From: an uncultured Spirochaetia bacterium
Lineage (GTDB): Bacteria > Spirochaetota > Spirochaetia > CAZKOK01
Assembly (NCBI GenBank): GCA_964554355.1
Contig: CAZKOK010000001.1
Location: forward strand, 1 to 27,222
Direction of reading: 5' to 3'
DNA: 27,222 nucleotides
The notes under the pieces are model-generated. The model made no database searches. It was given only the letters and a program-made list of their open reading frames with translations, and had not been told where the DNA came from. Of this stretch, positions 8,950 to 17,798 are shown in pieces (the stretch's first letter is position 1; the number at the start of each line of letters is the position of its first letter). Both the position numbers and the translations under genes were made by a program.

Positions 8950-9676
8950 TTATACAACTTTAATAAGAATTTTACCTGTCCTTGCTCTGTTCTTTTGTGA
9001 CTCAACAGCCAGCTGATACTGATCAAATGGAAAGACACTGTAAACAAGGGGCTTAAAAGTCTGCGTCCGGCATAATCAAAAATCTCCCTGAAATCATCCT
9101 GAAGATATGCAAGGTTGTCTTTTGATTCAACATTGTAGAATGCATACGCCTTACCGGGAAATTTTATTTTCATTCTCAAGCCAGCCGTTATGAAAGCTGC
9201 CGGATTAAGTCTGCCTCCAAGAAAACCGTAACCGATTGTTTTTCCATCTTCCTTAAGTTGAGTCATTGATTTTTCAAGGTTTTTTCCTCCAAACGAGTCA
9301 ATGACAAGATTAAAACCTTCCGGACATACTTTTCTTATATACTCTTCTGTCAGCTGTTCGTACTCCAGGAAAACGGCACCATATTCTTCAACTGTTGTTT
9401 TTTTTGTCCCGGAAGCCGCTCCATAGGCGCGGATTCCTGCAAAGCAGCACAAATCAAGGGCTGCCGTACCGACCCCGCCTGCTGTTTACTGTGCAGTACT
9501 GCCCCCGGCTGCCCGCGTGGAATCCGCCCTTCCGCTCGGGCGATATCACCGTGAGCGACACCTGCATAATGGATCCTTACAAGCAGTTCATGTGCTGAAG
9601 GCTTGATCAGGGGGCTGCTTCTTTCGGAAAAAACTGCCTGTTTTCCCGGTCTTTTTACAATTATCTGATTATTCAT
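8950..9676 (-). pseudogene. Disrupted MDR-family (NADPH:quinone oxidoreductase-like) oxidoreductase
   Basis: Three frames reconstruct one MDR protein. The first is MNNQIIVKRPG...ELLVRIHYAGVAHGD...GRIP. A shift near 9485 leads to the Rossmann motif AGGVGTAALDL...VIDSFGG, and a shift at the G4 run (9048-9051) leads to YSVFPFDQYQLA...RTGKILIKVV* (stop 8950-8952). The total is only 727 nt. Confidence 0.85.
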
Positions 9677-9701
9677 TCAGGGTTTCTCTTTATCAAGTTC
9701 G

Positions 9702-9754
9702 ATATGTAACTATCCGGTTACATATAATATACCATGTAACCGCACGGTTATCAA
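9702..9754 (-). promoter_or_regulatory. MDR gene promoter with two TGTAAC-N6-GTTACA operators
   Basis: Minus-strand TTGATA (9749-9754) - N17 - TATTAT (9726-9731) with an extended -10 TG. Operators are ATATGTAAC-tatccg-GTTACATAT (9702-9725) and TGTAAC-cgcacg-GTTAtc (9735-9752). Confidence 0.82.
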
Positions 9755-9831
9755 GAAAAACCGGATGTTTTTCGGGAAATATTTCAATATGTCTGTAAAT
9801 CACGAAACGAATAAGAAATAAACTTTCACCT

Positions 9832-9864
9832 ATAAAAAGCTGCCGTGTTCAGGCAGCTTTTTAT
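9832..9864 (-). terminator. Intrinsic terminator
   Basis: ATAAAAAGCTGCC-gtgttca-GGCAGCTTTTTAT, a 13-bp perfect inverted repeat just downstream of the stop at 9880. Confidence 0.88.
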
Positions 9865-9879
9865 GATTTATTTATTGCA

Positions 9880-10236
9880 CTATTCTACAAGCCAGTCCAG
9901 AGCTTCTTTAGGTGTATGAAAAGCTTTGGCGCTTCCTCCTGTTGCTGCATTGTAAAAATTAAGTGCGGCTTTTTTAATTCCGGTTATGCCCAGAACCGCT
10001 GATCTTCTCATATTCTGTGACGCCATTTTTGATTCCACATTTTTAAGATAGGATGTTACATGTTTGTCCAGAACACATCCGGTGAAATTGGAAAGTACCC
10101 TTACTTTTTTTCCTGAATTGATAATATGTGAATTAGCAATTTTAAAAGTGGCAATAATTTCGGATGTTTCCATTCCAACGTAGTCACAAATCAACACCAG
10201 TGTATCTTTGTACTTTTTCCATGATACTCCAGCCAT
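9880..10236 (-). CDS. STAS/SEC14-like (SpoIIAA-like) small protein, 118 aa
   Basis: GGAGGT RBS just before ATG 10236. The pattern VRVLSNFTG...RSAVLGITGIKKAALNFYN...KAFHTPKEALDWL is typical of stand-alone STAS/SEC14 proteins. Confidence 0.75.
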   Translation of the reverse strand: MAGVSWKKYKDTLVLICDYVGMETSEIIATFKIANSHIINSGKKVRVLSNFTGCVLDKHVTSYLKNVESKMASQNMRRSAVLGITGIKKAALNFYNAATGGSAKAFHTPKEALDWLVE

Positions 10237-10400
10237 TTTTACCTCCATACTTTTAATATATGAAAAAGTATAAACCATATAGTGCTGAATTCAAATTTCC
10301 ATCACCAAATTTGTGAAATTCTCACATTATAATAATACCTGTAACAATAATAGGTCCAGTTCAGTTTTTCCTGGAAAAGCAAAAACCGGAAAATACCCGG

Positions 10401-13400
10401 CTACAGCGCCGAAACAGGATGCAAACCGGCTTCAACATCCCTTTTTTTGCTGTGGATCCTTTCAACATGCAGACAGAATGTCTCAAGCTTGGCTTCAATT
10501 CCCTGCGACATTACCTGCCCGTCCATTTCCATAGTCAGAAAGGGGAGATGCGGATAGTGTTTCATAACTTCCTGCACAAGATCGCGGTTCCTGGCCTGAT
10601 TCAGTTTCTCCCTGCTCAGCTTGTGGTTAATAATAGCTTCTGCTATCCTGCCCGGCATGCAGCCGAAGGGCTGAATGGAAATTACGCCGTCAACATATTC
10701 TATTGATTCCGCAATTGTTGTTCCGGTAACTATTATGCTTTCGCAGATCAGTGTCGGAGTAACCAGATGTCTGGCTGCTTTTAAAATATGATCGATATCA
10801 ACTATTTTTACTTCATAAAACCCGCTGCGGCTGAGTATATTCTTGATTCTTCTTTCAAAATACCGCTTGGGCAGTTTCTGTATCAGTTTCTCAAGCATAT
10901 TCGGAAGGGTTGCATTCTGCACAAATCTCTTCATTACCATCGAATCCAGATAATAGACCCACTCATGCAGAGAAGCGACAAGCGGAACAATTCCGCGGTC
11001 TGCTATTTTTTCCACTATCCACTGTCTGGAGAAATTATTCCTGCGTACATACATTTCATTTATCAGGGCCACCTTTGGGGCTTCCCCGATTTTCATCTTC
11101 TTTTCAAGTTTCCCAAGCTCCAATGAACCTTCCATAAGGATTTTTTCAACATCAGGCCACGGGTCATGCTCTATGGAGTGAATAATTCTGTCTCCGACTT
11201 TTCTGTACAGATCAAGGGCTTTTTCCCTTTCTTTTGCAAGGACAAGAATTCCGGCATAAATATTCTCCATGATGTCGGTAATAAGAATAGACTGCCATAA
11301 CCGCAGCGTGGTATTCATACTCAATCCGATATAACCGTCTTCCTGGGAAAGATTCAGAAAAGCGACATTCCTGATTTTCAGATTCTCGATTATGTTCTGC
11401 ATCATTACATAATACGAACCGAACCTGCACGGCCCCGAATCACCGGGCATAAAATAGACAAGAATTTCATCACTGCTCTTTCTTTCCTCAAGATAACGCA
11501 TCAGACTTCCGGTGGTAATAATTGCCGGCAGACATTCCTTTCCCGAAGTGTGGCCGAGACCAAGCTTGAGTTCATAATCGCCCGGGTCCGGCACATGACT
11601 TGCGTTTATTCCGGCGCGCCGCATTACTGCAGCAAATGATCTTGAACATAAATCGTTCATTGAAGGGAATAAAACGTGCACTTTGGGATCGCTGAGCTTG
11701 CGGAGAATACCGTCCGAATCCCTGACCATCAGATTGTTTTTTATTCTTTCCACCCTGGCAAGCCTGTAGCCTGATTCTGCTTCCAGAGATGCGGTTTTCT
11801 GCTGTTCCCTGTATGTTTTTATTACATCAATAAATGCTTCTATCCTGGTATCAAGCCCCGCATCAGCAGTATGATTATCAAGCTCCAGTGTAAGCGACGG
11901 CTTTCTGCCCATTTCCTTCCTGAAATAGTTAACTAAAAACGAATCGGGACCGCATGAGAAATTGGTAATATAAACACCGAACAAATTGGCATGACGGCTT
12001 ATCATTTTACCACCCTTTACGATGGTTTCGCCCATACCCCAGTAAACATGTTCGGGATCTTCCTCTTTCTGAAAATCAATAAAATCACAGGGAATTACCC
12101 GGTATCCTCTTGAAGCGAATTTATACGGTATCCCCATGTTCCCTATTTTTGAAAAAGCGTTATACGGCCTGCCGAATATCACAATGCCGACTTCATCCGC
12201 GCTCTTTTCAATTTCACGGATATGCTCTCTTCCGATTTCCTTAAATTTTTCAAGCATCTCTTCCTGGGCATCGCAGGCCAGTCTGAAGGCTTCTTCAGCA
12301 TCTTTTTTATGTTCGTCCAGCGTCCTGGCCATCTGCATGAATTTTGATTTTGCTTTGCGGAAACCTTTTCCAAAATCAAGGACCGGATTCAGCATGGTTT
12401 TTCCTTCTATTTCGGGGAAAGCAGCACGCAGGTAAAACGACTCCGTCTGAACAAACGGGCAGGCAACTTTCTGGTTTCTGCTTGAAGGGACGTATACCGA
12501 TTTTACATTCGGCATAAACAGAATATCGGGGTTTTCCTTAATCAGATTGTCAAATACTCCGTGTGAAATTTCCACAGGAAAACAGAATGAAGACCCCGTT
12601 CTGTCAATTCCTTCCTGGCTTACTTCACCGACGCATATAATCCTGTAGCCAAGACTCCGGAAAAAATTATGATAAAGGGGGTAATAGGTGTTTGTCATTA
12701 ATGAACGAAGAAGCCCTATGCTTTTACCGTTTTCCCCCTTCAGGGGTTTCGCCATTTCTGCAGAGTATTCCGAAAAAACCAGCCTTTCCCTTTCCTGTAC
12801 ACGGTCAAGTTCTCTGGAATTGACCTCACTTTTGTGTTGAAGAAGATTATAATATTTGTCGCATGCTCCGCCGAAAGGATATGTTTTTCCGTCAATTATA
12901 ATCCTGCTTATTGAACATTTTCTGTCACACTTTTCTTTTCCGCCCGTGCAGATAAAGTTTTCCCTGTACGAAACAGCTCTGGCGGCCAGATCTGCCAGAT
13001 CGAAACTGCCTTCCTCGACAAGGCCGAGAGCAAGCTGGTTCTTGACATACAGGGCAACTCCGAATGCTCCCATCAGCCCGGGCTCGGGAGGAACAACAAT
13101 TTCCTTGCCGATAAGCGCCGCCATTGCCACAGGCACAGCCTTGTTGTAGCAGACACCGCCCTGCATAAAGACCTTTTTGCCCACAGAACGCGGTCCCTTC
13201 ACCCTGTTTTTATAATTCAGGCATATTGAATAGACAAGTCCGGCAGTGATATCTGAAAGGGAAATCCCTTCCTGTATTGCGCTTTTTATATCGCTGTTAA
13301 TAAAGGCGGCGCACTGGTCACTGAAATTTGTAGGATTGGTGCTCTGCATGGCTATGTCGCCTATCTGTTCTGTACCGATATTCAGCGATTCCGCAGCAGC

Positions 13401-14741
13401 TTCTTCCAGAAACGAACCGGTCCCGGCCGAGCAGGCCTCGTTCATTGCATAATCGGAAGCTACACCGTTTGTCAGGTACGTATACTTCGCATCCTGCCCG
13501 CCGATTTCAAAAATGGTATCGACATCCTTGTCATAAAAAGCAGCTGCCATGGCATGGGCGATAATTTCGTTTATTATACTCGGTGTAAAGGCATGAAGCC
13601 CTGTTATCTGCCTTCCTGAGCCGGTTACACCCAATCCGATGATATTTACAGGCTTGTTTATCTGGCAGAGCAGCCCGGAATAGCATTCCCTGGCCGCCTG
13701 AATCGGATCGCCGTTTGTCCGAAGATATACGCTGGCGACTATTCCCGTCTCACTGTACTCTGTGTCGGCCTTGACAAGGACCGCCTTGGTCGTAGTTGAA
13801 CCGACATCAAGCCCCACCAGACATCTATCGCCGGACCGGACAGTGTCTTTGCGGCTGGTATTGAATTTAACAAGATGGGCAAAGTCCTTTAAAGGCCTGA
13901 GGGTTTTAAATGAGCTGTGTCTGCGGAAAACCAGATCCGCATTCCGGTCAATCGCCGCTGCTTCATTCTTCAATGCCCATATAGCAGTTCCGACAGCTTC
14001 GAAGGTATTGAAATATTCAGGCACAACCAGTTTCGGGTATTGTTCCCTGATAAAATCATTCATCAGGCGGTTATAACCTGCCCCCCCCACGATCATGGGC
14101 TTGAGTTCAGTTTTCAGATGAATATTTTTAAGTTCAATTTTCTGAAGAAGTTCCGTTATCTTTCCGGTCATCATTTTTGAAAGTCCTGATACAACCTGCT
14201 CTTTCGGAATACCTTTATTCAGAGCATGCGTACAATCGCTTTTGCAGAATACCGAACAGCGCCCGGAAACCTTGTACGACTCGCTGCCCTTTGCCCCGTT
14301 TACTGCTTCATCAAGAGACACATTCATCCTCTTAAGCTGCTGAAGAAAAAACTCGCCTGTCCCCGATGCGCATTTGTTTCCTGTGACAATATCAATGATT
14401 TTGCCGTTCCCGTCGATCTGGAAAACCATTACTGTTTCGCTTCCGGCGCTGATCAGTGTATTGCAGTCATATCTGTCTTTGATATAACCATAAGCCAGTT
14501 CAAGGGCTTCCGGTTCGGAAATGGACTGCGCATTAATAAAATAGCGGAATTTTCTTCCGGTTACCGCAAAACGGTCAATATTCTCAAGAAATGACCCGGT
14601 CAGAAGTCTTTCAAGGACTTCCTGCGGAGTACCTTCGTGAACAATGGATTTGTTTTCAAGAACAGATGTTTCATTCTCTTTCTCTTCCATTACGGCATAC
14701 GTAACAGAAGAAGAACCTATACAAACACCCAGGGACTTCAT
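10401..14741 (-). CDS. Single-chain BadG/BcrA/HgdC-type activase (x2) + DUF2229 + dehydratase-like fusion; PlsA/Ger (plasmalogen/ether lipid synthase)-like architecture
   Basis: Two ASKHA activase domains (GVCIGSSS...NKCASGTG...RCSVFCKS and GLDVGSTTTK...EIGGQDAK...NEACSAGTGSFLE...QCAAF). These are followed by CFPVEISHG, ACPFVQ, TNFSCGPDS, LELDNH, GKECLP, GPCRFG and PFGCMPG motifs. GGAG RBS present. Confidence 0.9.
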   Translation of the reverse strand: MKSLGVCIGSSSVTYAVMEEKENETSVLENKSIVHEGTPQEVLERLLTGSFLENIDRFAVTGRKFRYFINAQSISEPEALELAYGYIKDRYDCNTLISAGSETVMVFQIDGNGKIIDIVTGNKCASGTGEFFLQQLKRMNVSLDEAVNGAKGSESYKVSGRCSVFCKSDCTHALNKGIPKEQVVSGLSKMMTGKITELLQKIELKNIHLKTELKPMIVGGAGYNRLMNDFIREQYPKLVVPEYFNTFEAVGTAIWALKNEAAAIDRNADLVFRRHSSFKTLRPLKDFAHLVKFNTSRKDTVRSGDRCLVGLDVGSTTTKAVLVKADTEYSETGIVASVYLRTNGDPIQAARECYSGLLCQINKPVNIIGLGVTGSGRQITGLHAFTPSIINEIIAHAMAAAFYDKDVDTIFEIGGQDAKYTYLTNGVASDYAMNEACSAGTGSFLEEAAAESLNIGTEQIGDIAMQSTNPTNFSDQCAAFINSDIKSAIQEGISLSDITAGLVYSICLNYKNRVKGPRSVGKKVFMQGGVCYNKAVPVAMAALIGKEIVVPPEPGLMGAFGVALYVKNQLALGLVEEGSFDLADLAARAVSYRENFICTGGKEKCDRKCSISRIIIDGKTYPFGGACDKYYNLLQHKSEVNSRELDRVQERERLVFSEYSAEMAKPLKGENGKSIGLLRSLMTNTYYPLYHNFFRSLGYRIICVGEVSQEGIDRTGSSFCFPVEISHGVFDNLIKENPDILFMPNVKSVYVPSSRNQKVACPFVQTESFYLRAAFPEIEGKTMLNPVLDFGKGFRKAKSKFMQMARTLDEHKKDAEEAFRLACDAQEEMLEKFKEIGREHIREIEKSADEVGIVIFGRPYNAFSKIGNMGIPYKFASRGYRVIPCDFIDFQKEEDPEHVYWGMGETIVKGGKMISRHANLFGVYITNFSCGPDSFLVNYFRKEMGRKPSLTLELDNHTADAGLDTRIEAFIDVIKTYREQQKTASLEAESGYRLARVERIKNNLMVRDSDGILRKLSDPKVHVLFPSMNDLCSRSFAAVMRRAGINASHVPDPGDYELKLGLGHTSGKECLPAIITTGSLMRYLEERKSSDEILVYFMPGDSGPCRFGSYYVMMQNIIENLKIRNVAFLNLSQEDGYIGLSMNTTLRLWQSILITDIMENIYAGILVLAKEREKALDLYRKVGDRIIHSIEHDPWPDVEKILMEGSLELGKLEKKMKIGEAPKVALINEMYVRRNNFSRQWIVEKIADRGIVPLVASLHEWVYYLDSMVMKRFVQNATLPNMLEKLIQKLPKRYFERRIKNILSRSGFYEVKIVDIDHILKAARHLVTPTLICESIIVTGTTIAESIEYVDGVISIQPFGCMPGRIAEAIINHKLSREKLNQARNRDLVQEVMKHYPHLPFLTMEMDGQVMSQGIEAKLETFCLHVERIHSKKRDVEAGLHPVSAL

Positions 14742-14869
14742 AAAATCTCCAAAAAAATATATCCTTTTTTTAAAATGCCTTAAGCAGAATTAAAATCACA
14801 GAAGAGATGATATGCCATATTCGCAACAATATCAATTATTGCAGGAAAAAAATGTAAAAATGCCGAATA

Positions 14870-15424
14870 ATGCCCCTGAAACAGGAAAAAACCGGCCAAA
14901 ATGAACTGCATGAGTATATAATTCTGGCGGGAATGGATATGGACATAATAAACAGGGGTGTCGGCGGCGACCGGACCGAAGAACTGATGAAACGCTGGAA
15001 AGAAGACTGCGAAGACCTGAAACCGGATGTCCTTTCCATAAAAATCGGCGTCAATGATGTATGGAGAATCGCGGGTGAATGGAACGGCCAGACCCAGATA
15101 AATCCCGAAGATTACCGGAAAAATTACAGACAGCTTATCGAAAGGGCACTGAAAGCCGGGATCCGCCAGCTGGTCCTGTGCAGTCCGACAACAATTGAAA
15201 ACAATAAAAATGAAAAGCTTTCCGCCCTTCTGCACGAAAGAAAGGAAATCGTAAAAACCTTTGCAAAGGAATATAATGCTCTTTACGTTCCCTTTCAGGA
15301 AGACCAGATCTCGCTGCTGAAAGAAAAACCGGAAATAATGTGGACCCTGGACGGCTGCCATCCGACCATGGCCGGTCATGCGGCATTGGCAAGGTGCTGG
15401 ATGAAGGCTGTCGGATTGTGGTGA
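14870..15424 (+). pseudogene. SGNH/GDSL hydrolase lacking block I (5'-truncated)
   Basis: Blocks II (NRGVGGD), III (GVND) and V (DGCHP) are present. The GDS nucleophile motif is absent from this ORF, and I found none in the upstream sequence back to the activase gene. Confidence 0.7.
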
Positions 15425-15502
15425 CACTTTCAACAATTTTCTGAACACCAGCATTCTTTTATTGCATTTTTTCTGATCCGCTTTTATCCTGATACATAAG
15501 TT

Positions 15503-16150
15503 ATGAAAAGTAATCTGGAAATCCTGCAGACATCGCAAATTGTTCAGGAATCTTCAGAAAACCCCTTAAAGTATTTTTCTGTCCTGATCATGGGTTTGAT
15601 TTTGACCATTGCCCTGGCAATGCTGCTTTACGGCGAAAAGTTTCTGTTCTGGAAATATCCGCTCAGCGATCTGGGCGCATTTCTTACCGAAAACGGCAGC
15701 AACAACACGGCATCGATGCTTGTCTACAGCGCAGGGTTCATTTTCTGTTCGGTTGTTTTTCTGAAAGCCGCTTCATTTTACCGTAAAAACGACTCTGTCC
15801 CCTTTAGGACGGTAAAACTGAGGCTCTGCTACATGATCTCGGCCGGATTTTTCCTGGGTACTGCGCCTTGTGACATGCTATGGATCCTGCATACCATTGG
15901 TAACGGCATTATGACCGGAATGCTGTGGATACTGATAATGATTTACCTGTACCAGGGTTTTTATGATGAACAGAGTCCTGTCTATTTCCTGAACCTGGCT
16001 GTTTTGCAGGATTTTCTGCTTCCCTATGCCTACCTATTTGCAATCAATTCGGACTACAGGGACATTGCCCAGAAATTTGCTTTTTTCGGTGTTTTCGGTA
16101 TGCTTCTTGTTTCAGCATGGGCTGTAAGCAGAAAGAATTCTCCGGCATAA
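15503..16150 (+). CDS. Membrane protein, DUF998-like
   Basis: About 6 hydrophobic segments, a YPLSDLG motif after TM1 and LHTIG in the middle. Confidence 0.65.
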   Translation: MKSNLEILQTSQIVQESSENPLKYFSVLIMGLILTIALAMLLYGEKFLFWKYPLSDLGAFLTENGSNNTASMLVYSAGFIFCSVVFLKAASFYRKNDSVPFRTVKLRLCYMISAGFFLGTAPCDMLWILHTIGNGIMTGMLWILIMIYLYQGFYDEQSPVYFLNLAVLQDFLLPYAYLFAINSDYRDIAQKFAFFGVFGMLLVSAWAVSRKNSPA

Positions 16151-16244
16151 GCATCAGGCACCCCAAAGCTTGTGTTTTCCCCCCACGAATCGTCTTTTCA
16201 ATGCAAAAATCCTGCTTATGCCTGAAAAACACAAGCTTTGGGGT
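16144..16244. repeat. Interleaved inverted repeats between convergent genes
   Basis: ACCCCAAAGCTTGTGTTTT (16160-16178) pairs perfectly over 19 bp with AAAACACAAGCTTTGGGGT (16226-16244). GGCATAAGCA (16144-16153) pairs over 10 bp with TGCTTATGCC (16213-16222). Confidence 0.8.
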
Positions 16245-16286
16245 ATTCCATAATTTTCACGTCCTGAAGCTGTCAGGACCCGGATT

Positions 16287-16589
16287 TCAATTTTCATTAA
16301 AGGGTTCTTTTTTCGTCTCCGGACTTCTCGAAATACGAAATATCACATTACCACGCGGGCAAACTATATCCTTAAAGCCGTTCTTTTCACCGGGCATCTC
16401 ATCCATGGCCATCATGATAAAAACTGCATTGCTGACAGCACAGAATGCGTTCGAGCACATTCCTTTTTTTTCTGGAGTCCTGCCGTCAATGATACAGCTT
16501 TCTCCTTTCCTGGTGCGTGCCAGTCCCGGACAAATTCCCGATTCCGTGCGGACTTCCGCCGCTTCGCATCTGACTGAATTAATTTTCAT
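16287..16589 (-). CDS. Small Cys-containing protein, TIGR04076-like
   Basis: GGAGG RBS. The Cys pattern GICPG...GMCSNAFCAV...IVCPRGNVIFRISR resembles the TIGR04076 family. Confidence 0.65.
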   Translation of the reverse strand: MKINSVRCEAAEVRTESGICPGLARTRKGESCIIDGRTPEKKGMCSNAFCAVSNAVFIMMAMDEMPGEKNGFKDIVCPRGNVIFRISRSPETKKEPFNEN

Positions 16590-16632
16590 TTTTCCTCCAT
16601 ACTGCCTTGATAAGACTGCTTATTTTTTGTAA

Positions 16633-16648
16633 ATGCGCATATACTTAT
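16633..16648. promoter_or_regulatory. Possible second ArsR operator
   Basis: Minus-strand ATAAGTATATGCGCAT matches the ArsR-proximal ATAAGTAATTGCTTAT at 12 of 16 positions. It lies 44 nt upstream of the TIGR04076-like ATG. Confidence 0.4.
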
Positions 16649-16785
16649 TTAATATTCAAAAAAATATTTCCAAATTCCTGTCATCCCCGCTTTCACGCAA
16701 ATTACTACTCATTAGAATCTGAAACGCAGATGCCAACGATCGTTGGCACCTACTCCGACTCTGTCCCCAAAAAAACGGCTTTTTT

Positions 16786-17313
16786 TCAGGTGTCTCCGCT
16801 GATTCTGAATATTTCAGATTTTCTGACAATTTTTTCCAGAAGCACCGAACTTAAAACAATTAACGGGATTGAGGTCAGATAACGGATAATCGTAAAAAGA
16901 ATTCCTATACACGATGCTTCAAATATGGTCATCGGAATGCGGCAGACACATGCCGCCCCCAGATATGCAAATACAACGGCAGGTCTTGCTCCTTTTCTGG
17001 AAAGAGCAGCTGCAACAGGAATGGCCGCTATCATCGTACCGACCGTTGCTCCGCCAAGGAGTATCACCCAGAGGAATGCCTTCAGACCGGAATTTTCTCC
17101 CAGGTGCTTTTCTATTGTCTGCCTGGGCACCCAGACTTCAAACTGTCCGATCAGAATAAATGCGAAAGGCAGGATTTTTATCATTTCAATGAAAAAATCC
17201 ATGAAATTCCCGCCTATTTCCAGTCCGGCTTTATTTCCGGCAGCGGCCAGCACCAGCAGTACTGCTCCGGCTGCCGCAGCCAGTATCCAGTAAATAATAT
17301 CTTTGCGTTTCAT
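16786..17313 (-). CDS. Predicted permease, second half (DUF318/ArsP-like)
   Basis: ILIGQFEVWVPRQTIEKHLGENSG...AIPVAAALSRKGARPAVVFAYLGA. Its start overlaps the upstream stop (TGATG). Confidence 0.85.
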   Translation of the reverse strand: MKRKDIIYWILAAAAGAVLLVLAAAGNKAGLEIGGNFMDFFIEMIKILPFAFILIGQFEVWVPRQTIEKHLGENSGLKAFLWVILLGGATVGTMIAAIPVAAALSRKGARPAVVFAYLGAACVCRIPMTIFEASCIGILFTIIRYLTSIPLIVLSSVLLEKIVRKSEIFRISGDT

Positions 17314-17795
17314 CAGAACAGCTCCCCGTAAACCAGCCCTGTGACAATTGAAACAGCGGCCGCGATCAGTAAATAGACTCCATTTCTCAGTATTGCAGTT
17401 TTTGTTCCGAGGAATTTGCTTTCAACCGGAAAAGTGACAATACCTACCGTCATCAGGCTCCCCGTAAAAGCCGAAACAGTCATGTACTGGACACCATTCT
17501 GAACAAGGATCCCTCCAAGCGGAAAGGCAATAAATCCGGGCATCAGCGTCAGAGACCCGATCAGCAGCGCTGAAAGCCAGGCCATAAATCTGTTGTTACC
17601 TGATAAAAGCGCTGAAATTCTGTTTTCGGGCAGAAACCAGAGCAGAACAGCAACCACAAACAGGACGAAAAGAAGCGGCGGCACAATTTTCAGAAACCTG
17701 AACAGGGCTTTTTTCAGGCCTGCAAGAGCTTTCTTCCGGTCTTTAATAAATGCCGCAGCAAGAACCGCAGCACTGAGTATTAAAATCGGGACCAT
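17313..17795 (-). CDS. Predicted permease, first half (DUF318/ArsP-like)
   Basis: FLPENRISALLSG...LIGSLTLMPGFIAFPLGGILVQNG...TFPVESKFLGTKTAILRN. Starts 3 nt after the ArsR stop. Confidence 0.85.
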   Translation of the reverse strand: MVPILILSAAVLAAAFIKDRKKALAGLKKALFRFLKIVPPLLFVLFVVAVLLWFLPENRISALLSGNNRFMAWLSALLIGSLTLMPGFIAFPLGGILVQNGVQYMTVSAFTGSLMTVGIVTFPVESKFLGTKTAILRNGVYLLIAAAVSIVTGLVYGELF

Positions 17796-17798
17796 ATG

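Noticed and set aside
8118-9452. 444-aa ORF as a novel oxidoreductase-exported protein fusion
   Set aside because: It has an internal RBS, signal peptide and operator, and the true MDR C-terminus lies in another frame. It is a frameshift artefact of two genes.
14780-15538. 252-aa minus-strand ORF upstream of the activase gene
   Set aside because: Antisense shadow of the SGNH gene with no motifs.
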